From: Spirogloea muscicola
Lineage: Eukaryota
NCBI GenBank assembly: GCA_009602725.1
Contig: WELB01000004.1
Span: 320,667-384,666 of the forward strand
DNA: 64,000 nucleotides
Reading direction: 5' to 3'
Part shown: piece by piece, positions 12,186 through 25,100 of the stretch
Layout: every line of letters begins with the position of its first letter
How positions within the stretch are numbered: position 1 is the stretch's first letter
The notes under the pieces: generated by a model
The model's input: the letters and a program-made list of their open reading frames with translations, nothing else
What the model was told of the DNA's origin: nothing
Databases searched by the model: none
Translations under genes and position numbers: made by a program

Positions 12186-15100
12186 TCAGTGCCAACCCAG
12201 CACTTGGTCAAGGTACGCCACCAGTGCAAGCGAGAAGGGATAGAGGAGCAGAACGGGGAAAGCCAGCCACGCCTTGAAGGTAAGTCTGCTCGCTCCCAAG
12301 CTCCCCACCAGCATGACCGTCATAAAGATGACAGTGACCTGCAGGAGCATGGCCCCCAACACAACATGAAGAGGCTTCACCATGTTCCCCACTGACCCTT
12401 ATCGTTATTAGCTTACACTTGACCTCCACTAGACAAGCAAACACCCATAAGGTTGCAATGCAGGCATGAGCTTGCGTACCTCAGCAGAGAAGTCCCATGC
12501 TATGTCTTTGAGGTAGACAAGAAGTAAAAAGACAGCCAGGCAAAGGGTGTTGTTCATGGTCACAGCACCATAGACCTGCCATTTGTGCGATAAGGTGGGA
12601 GAGGCATCCAGGCAGGGTGAGTGTTTATACGACACACCAAATCAGGAAGAGGAGCTGCCTCAAGTGTGGCAAGAACAAGGAACTTATACTTGGAAAATAT
12701 GTTACTAGGCGGCTTCAGTCAGAAAAGATGATATATTGTCACCTGAGCAAATGTGAGGGATATGTTGCGCTGCCTCCTCTTGCTTGCAAAAGCGAACGAT
12801 GAGACAAGCTCACTGGCATTGGACACGATTGGGGTGACTATGAAAGAGATGAAGAAAGCTGGAATGTCAGAGCGTTCTGCTACTGTTGAGATGGACTCCA
12901 CCTGCAGGCAACAAATTCAGTGCAGCATGTGCCTGTAAGAGAATGAAGCCGTGCTTGGTGTCCATCAATCTAAGACGAGAAGTCAACATGCTTGGAACTG
13001 AGGACTGCGTCTCACCATGGGACCTGAGAACAAGCCAATGAAGAAGCTTCCAAAACAAAGGTACACAATGGCCTCAGTAGCAATTTGGACTTTAGTGGGT
13101 GGTTGCTTCTTGTCGTCCTCCTCGTCCTCCTTCTCGTCGAGCGCAGCCTCTAATAGTGGCTTCCCCAGCAGACACTCCGTGGATGGCTCACAATAGATCT
13201 CAATCTTCCCCGAGGAATTGCCATTCAAGGTTGCATGACCATGCTGCATGCGCATGAATTACATGATTAGGTTGACCTTAGGATTAGGTGGTGGGAGTCA
13301 GTCAGAAGGAGAATAATGTTGCACCTAAGTCTGCCGCTGTCCAACACTGCTTTGAAGGGCACTTCGAGAGGATAATGAGCAGACCTGTTCTATCCACTGC
13401 TTCATGCCCCACAAAAATTCGTCAGCCGTGATGCTGTTGGAGTTATCTACGTCGAATTGCTGCAGATAAAGCTGGACGTCTATATCGCGTGCAACAAAGC
13501 CTGATGCTCCAAAGGTCATTCCCGCCACCAACGCCTGCCACAGTAGAAGCAGCTGTCTTCCAGTCAGACTATAAAGTGCCATCACCAACTAGTTCTTTGA
13601 CATACATGATATCGAAGCAACACCCTTACCAATTGCCAGATTCGTGTTTGTGATCCTGGCGGACCAACTAACTACGTTGATAGAAATGAGTTGTTCTGTT
13701 ATGCACAAGGAAAGAGGCACAGAGGATTGTCACAAAGGTGGCCAAGCTCAAAGGAAGGTTGGCTTGAGGCTAAAAGAGATTGGTCAAATTGCTTGCCGTC
13801 AGCTCATCTCTCTCAATGTGCCCATTGTGATCAGTGTCAAACATGTGGAATATGTGCATCAGAGCTGCGTCATCCACACTGCCATTCGCGTCAAAGAGTG
13901 TTCTCCCATTTTGGACTGCAGAATAGCACGGTGGAGAGTGTGAGTAGTAAAGTTGTGCCAAGCAAGGCGAAGCTGGTGGAGGCCAGCCCGCTGCACAGGG
14001 CTGCTGAAGCTGCCTTGCCAGGCTGGCCGTGGAATTTGCGAGCAGCGTTGAGAATAAGCAGGATGACAATGTGAGTGACTTGCAGGTGAGGGCGATGACG
14101 GTGGAGAGCAAAATTGTCAGGGAGAGCTTGCATCAGCAACTTCAGAGCAACTCAGGGACTACCTGCCATATTGTTGGCAGTCTTGATACTGTGGGACTTG
14201 ACAAAGCGGGCTCGAGCAGCCAGTAGTTGGCGCTTTTGAAGCTCCGGCACCACTACCTGAACACTTGAAGGTCCTCAGAAGTGGTCGCAGAATAACCACA
14301 AAGCTCTCATTGACCACAGCTACAGGGCGAGACGACCCTTCATGCTAATCCACTTGCTGTTGCTTGAGAATAGCTTGTATGAGATTCAAGCACGAAGACT
14401 ACGAGTACAATGTACCTGGTAGCAGCAGTATGCGACAAGGCCGACGGCTGCAAGAGCAAGTGCAGCTAGCACGGTGTACTCATTGTGCGTCTGCCCTGCC
14501 AACGAGGGAGCCTGAACAATGAGGTAGAGCGACACAGATGCGAGCATGATATAAGCATTGGGAGGTGTCAACCTGCACAGGATGGAAATGTAAGATGGAC
14601 TTCAGTGCAACCACTTGTGACCCCTGTTCCCTGTCACATAGTTACTGTCTATATTTCGAAGTATACTGCATACATTCACACCTGTGTTGAAACAGCCAGA
14701 AACAAGGAGCCACGGCCAGGAGCTTCTGTAAGCTTACATGCAGTCATGTGCATGTCAGTAGTGTATTCTCCTTGTGTCGTACCCGTCAGTGGTAACCCCG
14801 GTATTGACGAAATCACAGCTTCGAGTAAGCTGCTTATCAATTGAACGGCCGTCCAACTCTCTCAGGTCGCAGCGGCCAATGAGAAGTGAGCCGCCCCATG
14901 CTATGGTAAGCAGCATGATTGTGGAGCCTGCTAGGGTACCGATTCCTACTGCGACTTTTGTCTGCATAAGTCAAGCTTACCCACAAGTATGCGATTGATA
15001 GGTACAATCAGGTGCCTGTGGCAGCAACTTGCAGACCATGCTCATCACCTCTTCATTAGATCCTAATGAGGCGACAATTAAAGCGATAGCTACTTAGCAG

Positions 15101-15940
15101 CAGTATTGGAGTTGCCATGCAGATGTATGCGCAGAAGACAACAGGCGTGAGTGGCACTGTGTGCTTGAAAGCTGACCTGAGCAACCTCAGGACTGGAGCC
15201 AAGCCCTGACATGGCAATAATGAAACAATCCGGCAATGCACCAAGAATAGGTAGGAGAAGGCCTCCTATGAGGCCTGGATCAAGGACCTGCAAAATGCAG
15301 TCGATGCACAGGCACAGGTCAGGCACATCAAATGCCATATTACCCTCAAAGCGAGCACTTGCTGCTTTTATTCTGACAGCTGCATATGACACATAGTCTT
15401 AAAGGTAAGCAGTTGACACAACTGCTTCTCCTCGAGCATCCTTCGCCTCTAACGAGCTATGATAGAGGCAGCGTAGAGACCTGGGCAGCACATTGTGCAC
15501 CACAAGTGCGATGGCACTCGCTTCAGAGCTATTCAACGTCTATCATGCTAGCACACCACTGCTGCCAGCAAGGCCGCCACAAAGGCCTCCGTCAAGATTC
15601 CTGCCGTGTGATCCAACTGCACCTACTGCATCATAGCCCGAGCTTCGATGGTCGTGGCTTTTGCGGATTGGGCAAGGAGCCAAGGTCAAGGAGACGAAGT
15701 CGATGCGGCTGAAATAAGCCACCCTGGCTGAATAGCATCTGACGCTTATCCGGTGGCGCTAAATGGCTGCCGTCGAAAAGTTACCTCCAGCAGTAGCTCG
15801 GAGCCATCGGCGATGAGCTGCGCGCCCTTGAAGAGCAGGTAGCCGTAGAAGAGCATGAGCGTGCAGCTGCCCTTGAGGGTGCTGGAGCATGGCAAGAAGC
15901 CGTAGCTCTCCCGACACTGGCCCCCGGCCGTCGTACTCAT
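12186..15940 (-). CDS. NCL: Na+/Ca2+ exchanger-like protein with EF hands (NCL / EF-CAX family)
   Basis: Exon peptides CRESYGFLPC...GSELLLE, GLIGGLLLPILGALPD, GTLAGSTIMLLT, EF hands FDTDHNGHIERDEL and FDVDNSNSITADEF, FIVTPIVSNASELVSS, YGAVTMNNTLCL and C-terminal LYPFSLALVAYLDQVLGWH*. Confidence 0.92.
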
Positions 15941-16454
15941 GGCTGACAGCCGGCCGCCACGCCGCCGTAAGTGCCAGGGCGGGGCCTAGGAGGCCCCGCG
16001 CCGGGAGACTACTCGGCCTTGCCCAACCAGCCGGCTTCCTGGCTCGACTGGCGCGCTTGGCGCGGCAATGCGGGCCACTGCGGGCCGCGCGGCGGTCCAG
16101 GCTCTTCAATCAGCGCGGCGCCATGGCCGGCGACGACTGTGCCGAGCCGCCTCGCGCGGCGGCGGCGGCGGCGGCGGCGCGACCNATGGCAGCGGTGGCG
16201 GCGCGGGCGGAGGCCGCGGCCACCGGCCAGCCCGGAAGCCGGGCTGGCCTTGATCCCCCCCGCTGCAGATTTGCACAGTTGTCGTTCTTGCGCCTTCGCG
16301 CCTTTCAGAACCTTGTACATTCCTTCGGGGCTGGCATCTCACAGCCACTGCCGTATATTGGATGAGCTGTTTTCATTCGTCTATCAGCCCTGATTCCGGG
16401 GCGGCTATTCACCGCCCTCGCCCCATACGTCACACAGTTAACCACCTTAGCATA

Positions 16455-18145
16455 GAGAGAAGGCGCGCGGTGCGCATGAAATTAAAGCGAGGCCAATTCA
16501 AGCCATTACATTGTTCAGGCAGAAAATGCAGAAAGTGCAAAGAATGCAGCGCAAAGAATGTGGCTACATGAAAAGACGCCCTATACTAGGAGGGCCGGGC
16601 CGGAGGTGCCACAGAGCGGGGGGAGCCGTGCTGACGGGGGCCATGTCGACTCGACCGGTACCGCTTGTGGAGCTGCTAGAGGAGGTTGAGGAAGCAGCAA
16701 TGGCAGGAGGGAGGGCGGGTGGGGGAAAGGAGGGTTGGAGGTGCCACACAGCGGGGAGAGCCGTGCTGACGGGGGCCATGACGGGGGCCATTAGCATAGA
16801 GAAGGGGTCGCCGCATAAGAAGAAGTGGCACTCCCAATGGGGGCAAGGGCTGCGAAAAGCCAGCCCAAAAAGAATTCACAAAGGTTCAGAGGGGCCTAAG
16901 AGCGGTGAGCAGCTACAAGGGCCGAAGGGCTTCGCTTCATGCACTATCGTTCTGTTTGAACAATGTTTTGGCTCAAACTGGCCACCCTTTCGTTACTGAG
17001 TGGCTCGTGGCTACTTGCTACTCTGCACTTTCCTGGAGGATGAACCACTCAATACACCACACCACTTTCCTACACCAGTTCTGAGATGGCCCCTTCGCAG
17101 TTTTCCCCCTTCGAACCTTGTCAATTCTTTTTTGGGCTGGCTTCTCACAGCCCCTACCCCCATTGGGAGAGCCACTACCTTTCTTCTCACAGCCCTTGCC
17201 CCCATGTGGAGAGCAAGAAAGAACCCTCGATTGCTACGAGTGAGGAGTCTCAGATCCGAAAGACGAGATGTCGGAAAACAACCCCCCTGACGAAAGCCAG
17301 AGGCTGCAGCGAGAGCACGGCCAGCACGTAGGTGCAAGGCCCGGGCCATGGACTGCTGTAGGGAAAGGGATAGTCGCATGCGGTAGGCTTGGGCTATCGA
17401 GCCAGCGGTGTTGAAGTCAGCCTGCTCACCTCGCCTGCGGGACACTGCGCGCCGCGCAAGCCTGGCTAGCAGGTCGAGCCACTGGGACCCATGAGCCCCG
17501 TGAACATCCACGGCCATTGGTAAGAACTCGTCCCCAGCCGGGTGGTCAGCGTGTTTCGCCGCCTTGCTGCGAGCGGCGTTCGCCGCTGCGAGCGGCGTTT
17601 CTGGGCTGGCTTTGCTAGCCCCTCTTTTCCTATGGGCGAGCCATTTCTTCCTCGCCGCAGCATGGCCAGCCCTCGACGCAGAAAGCCCCGGTTGGAGCGG
17701 GGACAGCCACTTCTCACAGCCTCCGCCCTCCCCTGGAAGCTCACCCGTGGCTACTAATGTCACCTTAGGCACCTTACTTTTGGTCTCCGTATTATGTAGC
17801 CTTGTTTAGTTTGCACTAGACTCTGCCTGAACAACGTATTGGCTTGAATTGGCCTCCCTTTCATTTCATGCGCCCCGCGCGCCTTCTCTCCTGGAAGGGA
17901 AGGTACCCTGGAAGCGTCCTTTCTTCTCCTGCTCCGAGCTGCTCGCCGCTTCTCTCTGCTCCGAGCTACTCTGATCTGCTGTTGCTCACACGTGGATACT
18001 GAGCAGCCATCTGCATCTCCCTCTGCACCATCTTGCACTTTGTAGTGTAGTCCTTTTTCAGCACCTCGTTCTTTAGATTTGAACATTGTCCATTCTTTTT
18101 GGGTTGGCTTTACCGCCCCTCTTCTCAATGGGCGAGCACCTTCTT
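16455..18145. mobile_element. Cluster of truncated non-LTR retrotransposon 3' ends (RLE-type, CRE/R2-like) in both orientations
   Basis: The minus-strand frame at ~17230-17590 reads FLPMAVDVHGAHG...LLARLA...YRMRLSLSLQQSMARAL, resembling the C-terminal part of the restriction-like endonuclease region. The TTTTTGGGCTGGCTTTT..CAGCCC motif recurs at ~16821-16892(-), 17125-17175, 17600-17645 and 18090-18140. Confidence 0.65.
16601..16790. repeat. ~44-bp direct repeat, two copies
   Basis: GGAGGTGCCACA(G/C)AGCGGGG(G/A)GAGCCGTGCTGACGGGGGCCATG at ~16601-16644 and ~16737-16780. Confidence 0.8.
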
Positions 18146-18556
18146 TCTTCTTCTCTATAGCGCCTGCACGCGCCACGTGGCGGGCGGCCCCGCAAGTCCT
18201 GTGGCCGTAAGTTGGCAGAGCTGCTCTCTTCTCTGTAGCGAGGTGCCATTAAGCGCTTGCCCGCAGCTGGTGCCCATCTGAGGGCCAACGACGTCAAGGC
18301 GCCCATTCCCTGCTTGCCCTTTTTACGCCTTCTCTCTTTACATCCGCTCTTCACACAAAAGCAGCCACAGTCTGTTTTTGCCCTGCCGCAGTCCTGCCTC
18401 CTCGTCGCCCGCCGCCATTGCCGCCGTCGCCGGCGACGGCCGCGGCCTCGCAGAGGCGGAGCGCCTGATCCCTCTCTGCCTCAGCCGCCGTCTCCCACGG
18501 GCTCGTCGCCGCCGCTCGCCAGGCGCGGCTGAGCGGGGCCAGCCACCCCCGCCGCC

Positions 18557-21500
18557 ATGTCCAGGCGCGCGAACTACCTCAAGTGCTCGCGCAAGTACGA
18601 CGTGCCTCTCTTCTGCGCCTCCTGGGCCAGCACGAAGGCCGACAGCGCGCACGGCGACCTCGTGCTCTTCGGCGGCGGAGGGGGCGATCGGAAGCACGGC
18701 GTCAAGAACCGCCTCCTGCTGGCCAGGTACAACGAAGCTGCGGACGAGCTTTCAGAGCAGGCACGTCGACTGCCTTTCATAGCCTTTCTCTGCCTTTCCA
18801 GACTCAGGAGTTTATCGTCATCGGGGATTTACGCCGATCTGAATCTCTGACCCTGCTTGAGCATAAGCTGCACATATCTGCCTTATGACTCATCAGGCCT
18901 CCTCCACTGCTGGACCTCTAGCCAAATCCTGACAATGCTGCAGAAAGCATCGTAACACCTATTAAAAATACATCATGACATCTTCTGCTCCAACTTCCCC
19001 CCTGCTCGTGCCTACATGCACTAATTTTCTCGCTTTTTAGCACTCAGTTGCTGAGGTCTTGTGTTTCTTTCAGGTTGTTCTTCAATCGTGTTTGTGGTTG
19101 CTTTGCTAGCTTGAATTGCAGCACAACCTCATCCCCACTGTTCTTCCGGACGACCAGGTAGCTGAGATTGATACTGAGGACGACGCTCCGTTTAGATGCG
19201 CTGTGGACCCTGGTGGCGATGGCATTGTGGCTTCCTTCTCCAATGACTGCAGGTATTGGCAAGAGCACAGTACTACATAATGAGATACTCCAGGCACCTA
19301 TTCTTAGTAACACAGTATGGCAGAGGCCGTTCCTTGACTCAAGGAGAGCTGGGTGATTTGTGCTGGACAATAAGATATTGGTATGTCCAGTACATTTGCC
19401 TCTTTCTACTGAAGCATTCAGCAGCGGAAAGATCCCCAGGTTTTGCAGGGAATGTATCGGTGAGCTTGTGTGCTTACCATCTATTTTATTTCCTGCAGAT
19501 TGTTCTCTTTGCGGCTTGGTGATGACGACGAGGATGGACCTTCAATATCTGCTAGTACGACCAGTCTTTCTGTGCTTCAAGGGGTTGGAGAGCAGAAGTG
19601 CTTGGTCTTCAGCACAGATGGATCCCATCTAGCCGCAGGGGGTGAGGTAGAAGTCCCAAGCTTCCACCCCTGCCACAGCTGTGCTTACACATGCGTTTTA
19701 CCTGCAAAAAACTGCTGCAGTGCTCCATGTGGACATCCCCATCTGCATTCAGATTCAGCTATCAGCTGATGGAATACCCTCGCTCAGCTGTAGTCTCCTC
19801 ATCAAAACCCTTGGCTTTGAGCTTTCTGTGACATGAACAAGCAGTCATGGCCCACATACTGGGTCCAAGTTCTTGAACTTGCAGGATGGTCACTTAAGAG
19901 TGATGAAGTGGCCAAGCTTGGAGCTTGTCTTAGATGTGCCCAAGGCACACTCAACCTCCATCAAGGATCTGGATTTCAGGTGACAGCAACTCGACAAAGT
20001 TCTGAATTCTTTTGCCCCAGGTCATAGAGCTTACTGTGCGAGCGTCGTCAAGCAGTGCCTGATCATTGTAAACTTCCTGGAGATTCAGCCTTGAGGGCGA
20101 CATGGTGGCTTCCACAGCCGATACTGGGCCCTGCAAAGTGTGGAAGCTGACAGAATCCAGCCCAGTTGCCACTCTTGAGTTTGCTGCGGTGAGATCATCT
20201 TGTCAGTTGACGATGCCATTGTTGCTTGAATATCATCTAAACAATACCTTGCTTCGAGCAGCAAGGGGATGAAAACTGGTGCTCAGCACTGAATAACTCA
20301 GCACTTCATGTCTGGTACATGGGCGTGTTTACAGGGTGGAAGGTTCGGGTTTTGCCGATTCACCAGGGTTGATGCAATGCCCTTTTTGTACATTACGATT
20401 GTTCGCAGTGAGTACCTTCCCTTTGGCTTACTACTCTGACTTGGTGCATCAGGTGTCCATCTCTACATCTCTACAATGACTATGCTGTCTGTCCGATGTT
20501 TCAGCTCTTCAGCAAGTAGCAGCTCTTGGCAGCACTACTTACAGTGTTACGCATTGTCATGCTGTGCAGAAACTGGTGGCTTTGTGGCAGTATATAATAT
20601 CCCCGACTGGAAGTTGTTGGGTGCGAAGAAGCTCCACGAGGAGCCCATCTCAGCATTTGCTGCTAGTCCTTGTGGCAAGCATCTTGCAACGTGAGCAGAT
20701 TCAACTCTGGTCGGATACTAAAGTCTGCAGGGTTTTTTCTTGAAGGGACTTGATCCCAGTGCTGCTTCTTCTGCTTAGCTTCCAATGTCATAGGTTTTTG
20801 TGGGACACACATTTGCTCTTTGACAGACAGAAGTCTCGTGACCCCCTAGCTTCATGTGTACCACATATTGACCAATGACCACACTGTGCACAGCGGTTCT
20901 GCAGCTGGTGATGTTGCCATTGTGGATATAAAGACTATGACCATAAAGAGAAAAGTGAAAAGTGCACACATGGTGTTCATTACAGCACTTCAATTTTCTC
21001 CCAGTAGCTGGTAAGCTCTTTGCAGAGTCTTCTGCATGCTCAACTTCATTAAGCTAGCCCAGCTGTGCAAGAATATCCTGTCTCTTGTCAAGGTGTGTCG
21101 ATGTGCTTCTGTCTCCTTGCCTCATACCTTGTCTGGGTTTTGCCTCGTAATGCTGATGTATTGTACCATTTGTTTGATGATCTTGAATCTGAAGGTCTGT
21201 CCTATCAGTCTCGGCGGACTCCAGTGCCCGTGTGACACAGGTGCCGATCAACAAGGGCATTCCAGGTAGACACTCCCCTTCTGGCAGTGTTGTGCACATC
21301 TACCTGCAGTATAGGTCTGTCATTACATGTATTCCAGCATGCCCTGGGCTCTTGAGTCAGATGTCTTCCTTGGTTATCATAAATGTGAGTGAAATAAACT
21401 TCAAGTGCACTGAGTGTGAGTACAGGCTTTTGCAGAACGTTTCTAAAGCAATCCGTCAAGGGGTCAACGACCTCCACTCAGAAGATCAAATATCACTAGA

Positions 21501-21805
21501 TGACGCAGTTGATGCAGGTCCTTGATATGACTTTTAATACAATGTCCTCTGCCTCATGTCTGATGGCAGAGTGGAAGGCGTGGCTCATCCTGGCGGCAAT
21601 GTTCCTCGGCTCCATCATCTTGTTTGGACTCTTCTATGTCATGTACTCTGATACTTTCTTTGCACTCCCAAAAGACACGCCGGCAATCCCTAGTTGGTTC
21701 ACATGGTCCACACCGTCTCCAGTGGCGAACTTACCAGCATCAACAACAGCAGACGCTGGCAATGTGCTCCTCTCCAAGACTATGCCTCCTGAGGAGGAAC
21801 TCTGA
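18557..21805 (+). CDS. SEC12-like / PHF1-like WD40 ER membrane protein
   Basis: N-terminal KYDVPLFCASW...LFGGGGGDRKHGVKNRL (SEC12 Gly-rich loop). WD exons EQKCLVFSTDGSHLAAGGE|DGHLRV and EEPISAFAASPCGKHLA. C-terminal TM segment EWKAWLILAAMFLGSIILFGLFYVMYSDTFF, ending EEEL*. Confidence 0.85.
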
Positions 21806-22184
21806 AAGCAAAGATTGCAGTAACTATCGTGTTAGCTTGGACATGAAGTATTCACATCCAGCGATGTACAACTTATGCATGACAAGCCTTGACAAGTGCT
21901 GTTCACCTGCAATGTTGTCCATGGATGCCCTTCTTTACGATGCTGCTGTTTGAGCTGGCCCCTCCGCCATACACTGAGGGCTTTTAAAGTATGCTATGCA
22001 GTAAGTAGACTTGTGGCAAGTATTTTGGGAGCTACTGCACTTTTCCCTGCGTCCAAGGTCATCTTCGCATCTGCAGGAAGGCATAGCTGCTCTATTGGCT
22101 ATCATCTCTCCTAAATATTATGGTAGCCGTCTGGGAAGGTGACGCTCTTGAGCTACCATTCATCTGGATCCTGCATGTCTCCGT

Positions 22185-25100
22185 CTATCCTTCTGTGCTC
22201 AAACTGGCACTAGTGGCAGCCACTTGCAGCTGCTTCTGTAGAAGTTCATGGCGCGAAAACTCTTCCTGAACAACAAGATCAGTCAACAGCTGGCCATTGT
22301 CAATGCACCTCTCGAGGGTGGGTGTTGGGTTTGCTTGTCACAAGGGATGACCCATCAGCATACCCAGCAAACATTCTCATCAGAGATTGGAAGGAGGTCA
22401 ATTCTGCTGCGGAGCATGGCTTGTTTGTATGCACAGCTTGTCTCATTTTAGTCAGGCACCTGAAGTTCATTCACAAGGCTGGCATACGTGCTGCGGGCTG
22501 CCAGCTCTGCTGATTGCTTCTCCTGCAGGGCTGCCAAGGTGAGGAGCTCCCCCTCCACCTTCCTGCTCATCTTTTGCAGTGTCTGGCACACAAATCCCAA
22601 AGGTGGCTTGGCAGTCAGACCTCAAATAGTGGGGATTCTGACCACAAATAGTGGGGATTCTTACCAACGGTGCAAGAACCTCCAGAGCTCCTCTCATTAA
22701 CAGGACAAGACAGGCTTGTGTTGCAGCAAAGCATGTAAAGAATCACCTCTTCCACGCTCTTCACAATGGCCTGCATTGACTCCAGAAATTTTGCACGGCC
22801 TGCAGGCGATGACATAGCAGCTTCGAACTGCCAAAGCAATAGAAACATTGAGCTATTAGGACTGTTTCAACGAGTTGATCCTGCCTCAAGAGCCGAGACT
22901 GTCAGGTGGTGGCCTCTTTATTTGTGTTGATATGTAGGCTCACAGACTTAATGCCTTAACCAGCCTTTCAAGCATGACCAGTCAAAGCAAGTCCAAGAGA
23001 GCTTGAGAACCATGCAAGGTAGAGAATTGCAGCTGCCAGGCCTTCGGCATTGTGATGTAACCTGTGATTGTATGGATGATAGCAACGAGATTTCCTTGGC
23101 AGCAAACTGGGATAGTGAGAGAACAACATTGTGCATCCTGTAGTGGCCCCTTGATTCCAGAAGCTTCCTCTGATCAGGAGTGAGAAAATGAGCTGGATGA
23201 GCACGGGTAATCACTCTACTGGGTTGTCAACAGGAGCACCAAAACAAACTGGCTTCTAAGTGAAGAGTGCAGATGATGGGGCTCTCAATGACACCCACCT
23301 GGATGTGACCATGGAGCTCCACAAAACGACGCTCATACCTGCACGCAGGCCCACCATAAGTTGTCTGCTCCTCTGCTTAGGCAGGTAAACATGTCACACA
23401 ACCTCGTCCATGAGTGCACCTGTTCAGACTCCTGTGCCTAGTATTATAGACGAAAATTTGGTGATCACCTTATAACATTCACATTAGTCTGAAAGTGGGC
23501 TTGGAGGGCAAAGAAGTGCAACTGTATAAGTTCCCGCTGCGATGGTGCCTCGTCAAGCTGATGTCTTAGGGCGGCAACTCTTTGTCGGCATGTGTCAAGC
23601 TCCTGTTGAAGATGATGGCAACACAGGGTTGAAATGTGAGCAGCAGCAAGACGGAGGCATCGCCGTGACAACGACATACAAGGCTCTGCAAAGCATCAGT
23701 CATACTGCATCAGAATGACTGATGCAGTGCAGGAAGACAAGTGGAATAACCACAAGGGCAAGAATCTGACATTTTTGCTGAGCAACTCGTGATCCCTAGC
23801 TTGTTTGCTCACAACACCTATTGTAGAGCATGGGGAAATGCCTTGCAGCCTTCACAGATGCACTCAGAATTCGTCTGAGATGGAGCTTATTACCACAAGA
23901 AGTTCCTCGGCTTGGACTTCCTGCAGACTCCGTTCTCGAGAGTTGCCAGCTTCCTGTAACATATGGATGGAGTTTTGCAGCTCTGCACGCTGGGTTCGAC
24001 AACTAGACTTGAAGTCCAGCTCCCTATCTCGTGTGCCCTGCCACATGGAGGGCGAAAGTCGTGTCCATGGGCTTCCAAGTCGAAGGGGCAAGGACTTCCT
24101 CGTCTGATACTAATGACTACACATAACATGAGGCATCCTCTGTGCAGTATCGGGATATTGGGCACGTAGATATTCAGCTTTCAAGAATCTCCATATGGGT
24201 CAAGGTGTCCATGCATGCATGTCTCACCTGAAGCTCGCCAAGGAGCCTGACGACCTCCTCAAGGTCATGGTTGCCAATGCCAGCCTCCTCCACTGCCAGG
24301 CGCACTGCGTGCTCCCTTTCCTCGGCTGCCTTGCCCCGCTCCACCTGCCGCAGGTTGTCGGTTTCAGTGAATTGCATCACTGATATTTCATGCTCACAGA
24401 GATGGGCCCTCGTGGTTCACGATGGCGGCCACGTAAGACGGAAGCTGCGGACCTGAGCTGCGAGCAAGATCGAGGAGGCCTCCAAACGTGCCTCGGCGCT
24501 GCTCCGCCAGTCTAGCAGCCTGCCGTCACTGACTATCTTCTCTTCCAAGAGCTGTGGCGCCAGCAGAGCTTCTCATAAGTCATTTCTAGGATGAGCTTAT
24601 CAGTCATCACTCAGATGGTCCTACAAGCTAGAAGGCATCCAGCAATTTGACAAAAGGACGTTCAAGAGTAACAGTGCAGTGCACCTGGCGCTCCTTCCAC
24701 AGGCTGGCGCTGACCTCCTCTGCCAGTTGTTGGGCCTGTTGCTGCACCCTGGAGAGGGCCTGGAACAGGGCCTGAGCTCAGCCCAAGTCCTCTAGTAGGA
24801 AGCTGCTTGGGCGCACATTGTTCTGATGCGATGCTAGTCGAGGTAGGCTGGCTCATTCGACCAAGTGGCAATTATTGAGCAGGGTCAGAGCTGTGGTCTG
24901 AGTCACTTGGCGAGGCCAGGGCTGACCTACGCTGAACACGTCGGAGGGACGCCCACAATGTATAACTCCTTCTCCCAAGCTAAGAGCTGTGCTCCAGCCA
25001 GCACAGTGGAGCAACGGTGTCGGGTTAGCAGGCAGCACTAAGCCTGGGGGATGAGGAAGCCAGGCATGTCTTGACGTATGCCACAACAGTGACTTCAGCC

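Noticed and set aside
11586..12277. Plus-strand ORFs of 100-190 aa, and many similar antisense ORFs
   Set aside because: No recognisable motifs, and they are expected by chance in GC-rich DNA.
16821..16892. snRNA gene (Sm-site-like U tract plus hairpin)
   Set aside because: I recognise no other U snRNA elements, and the motif sits downstream of the retroelement ORF end. An Rfam scan would settle it.
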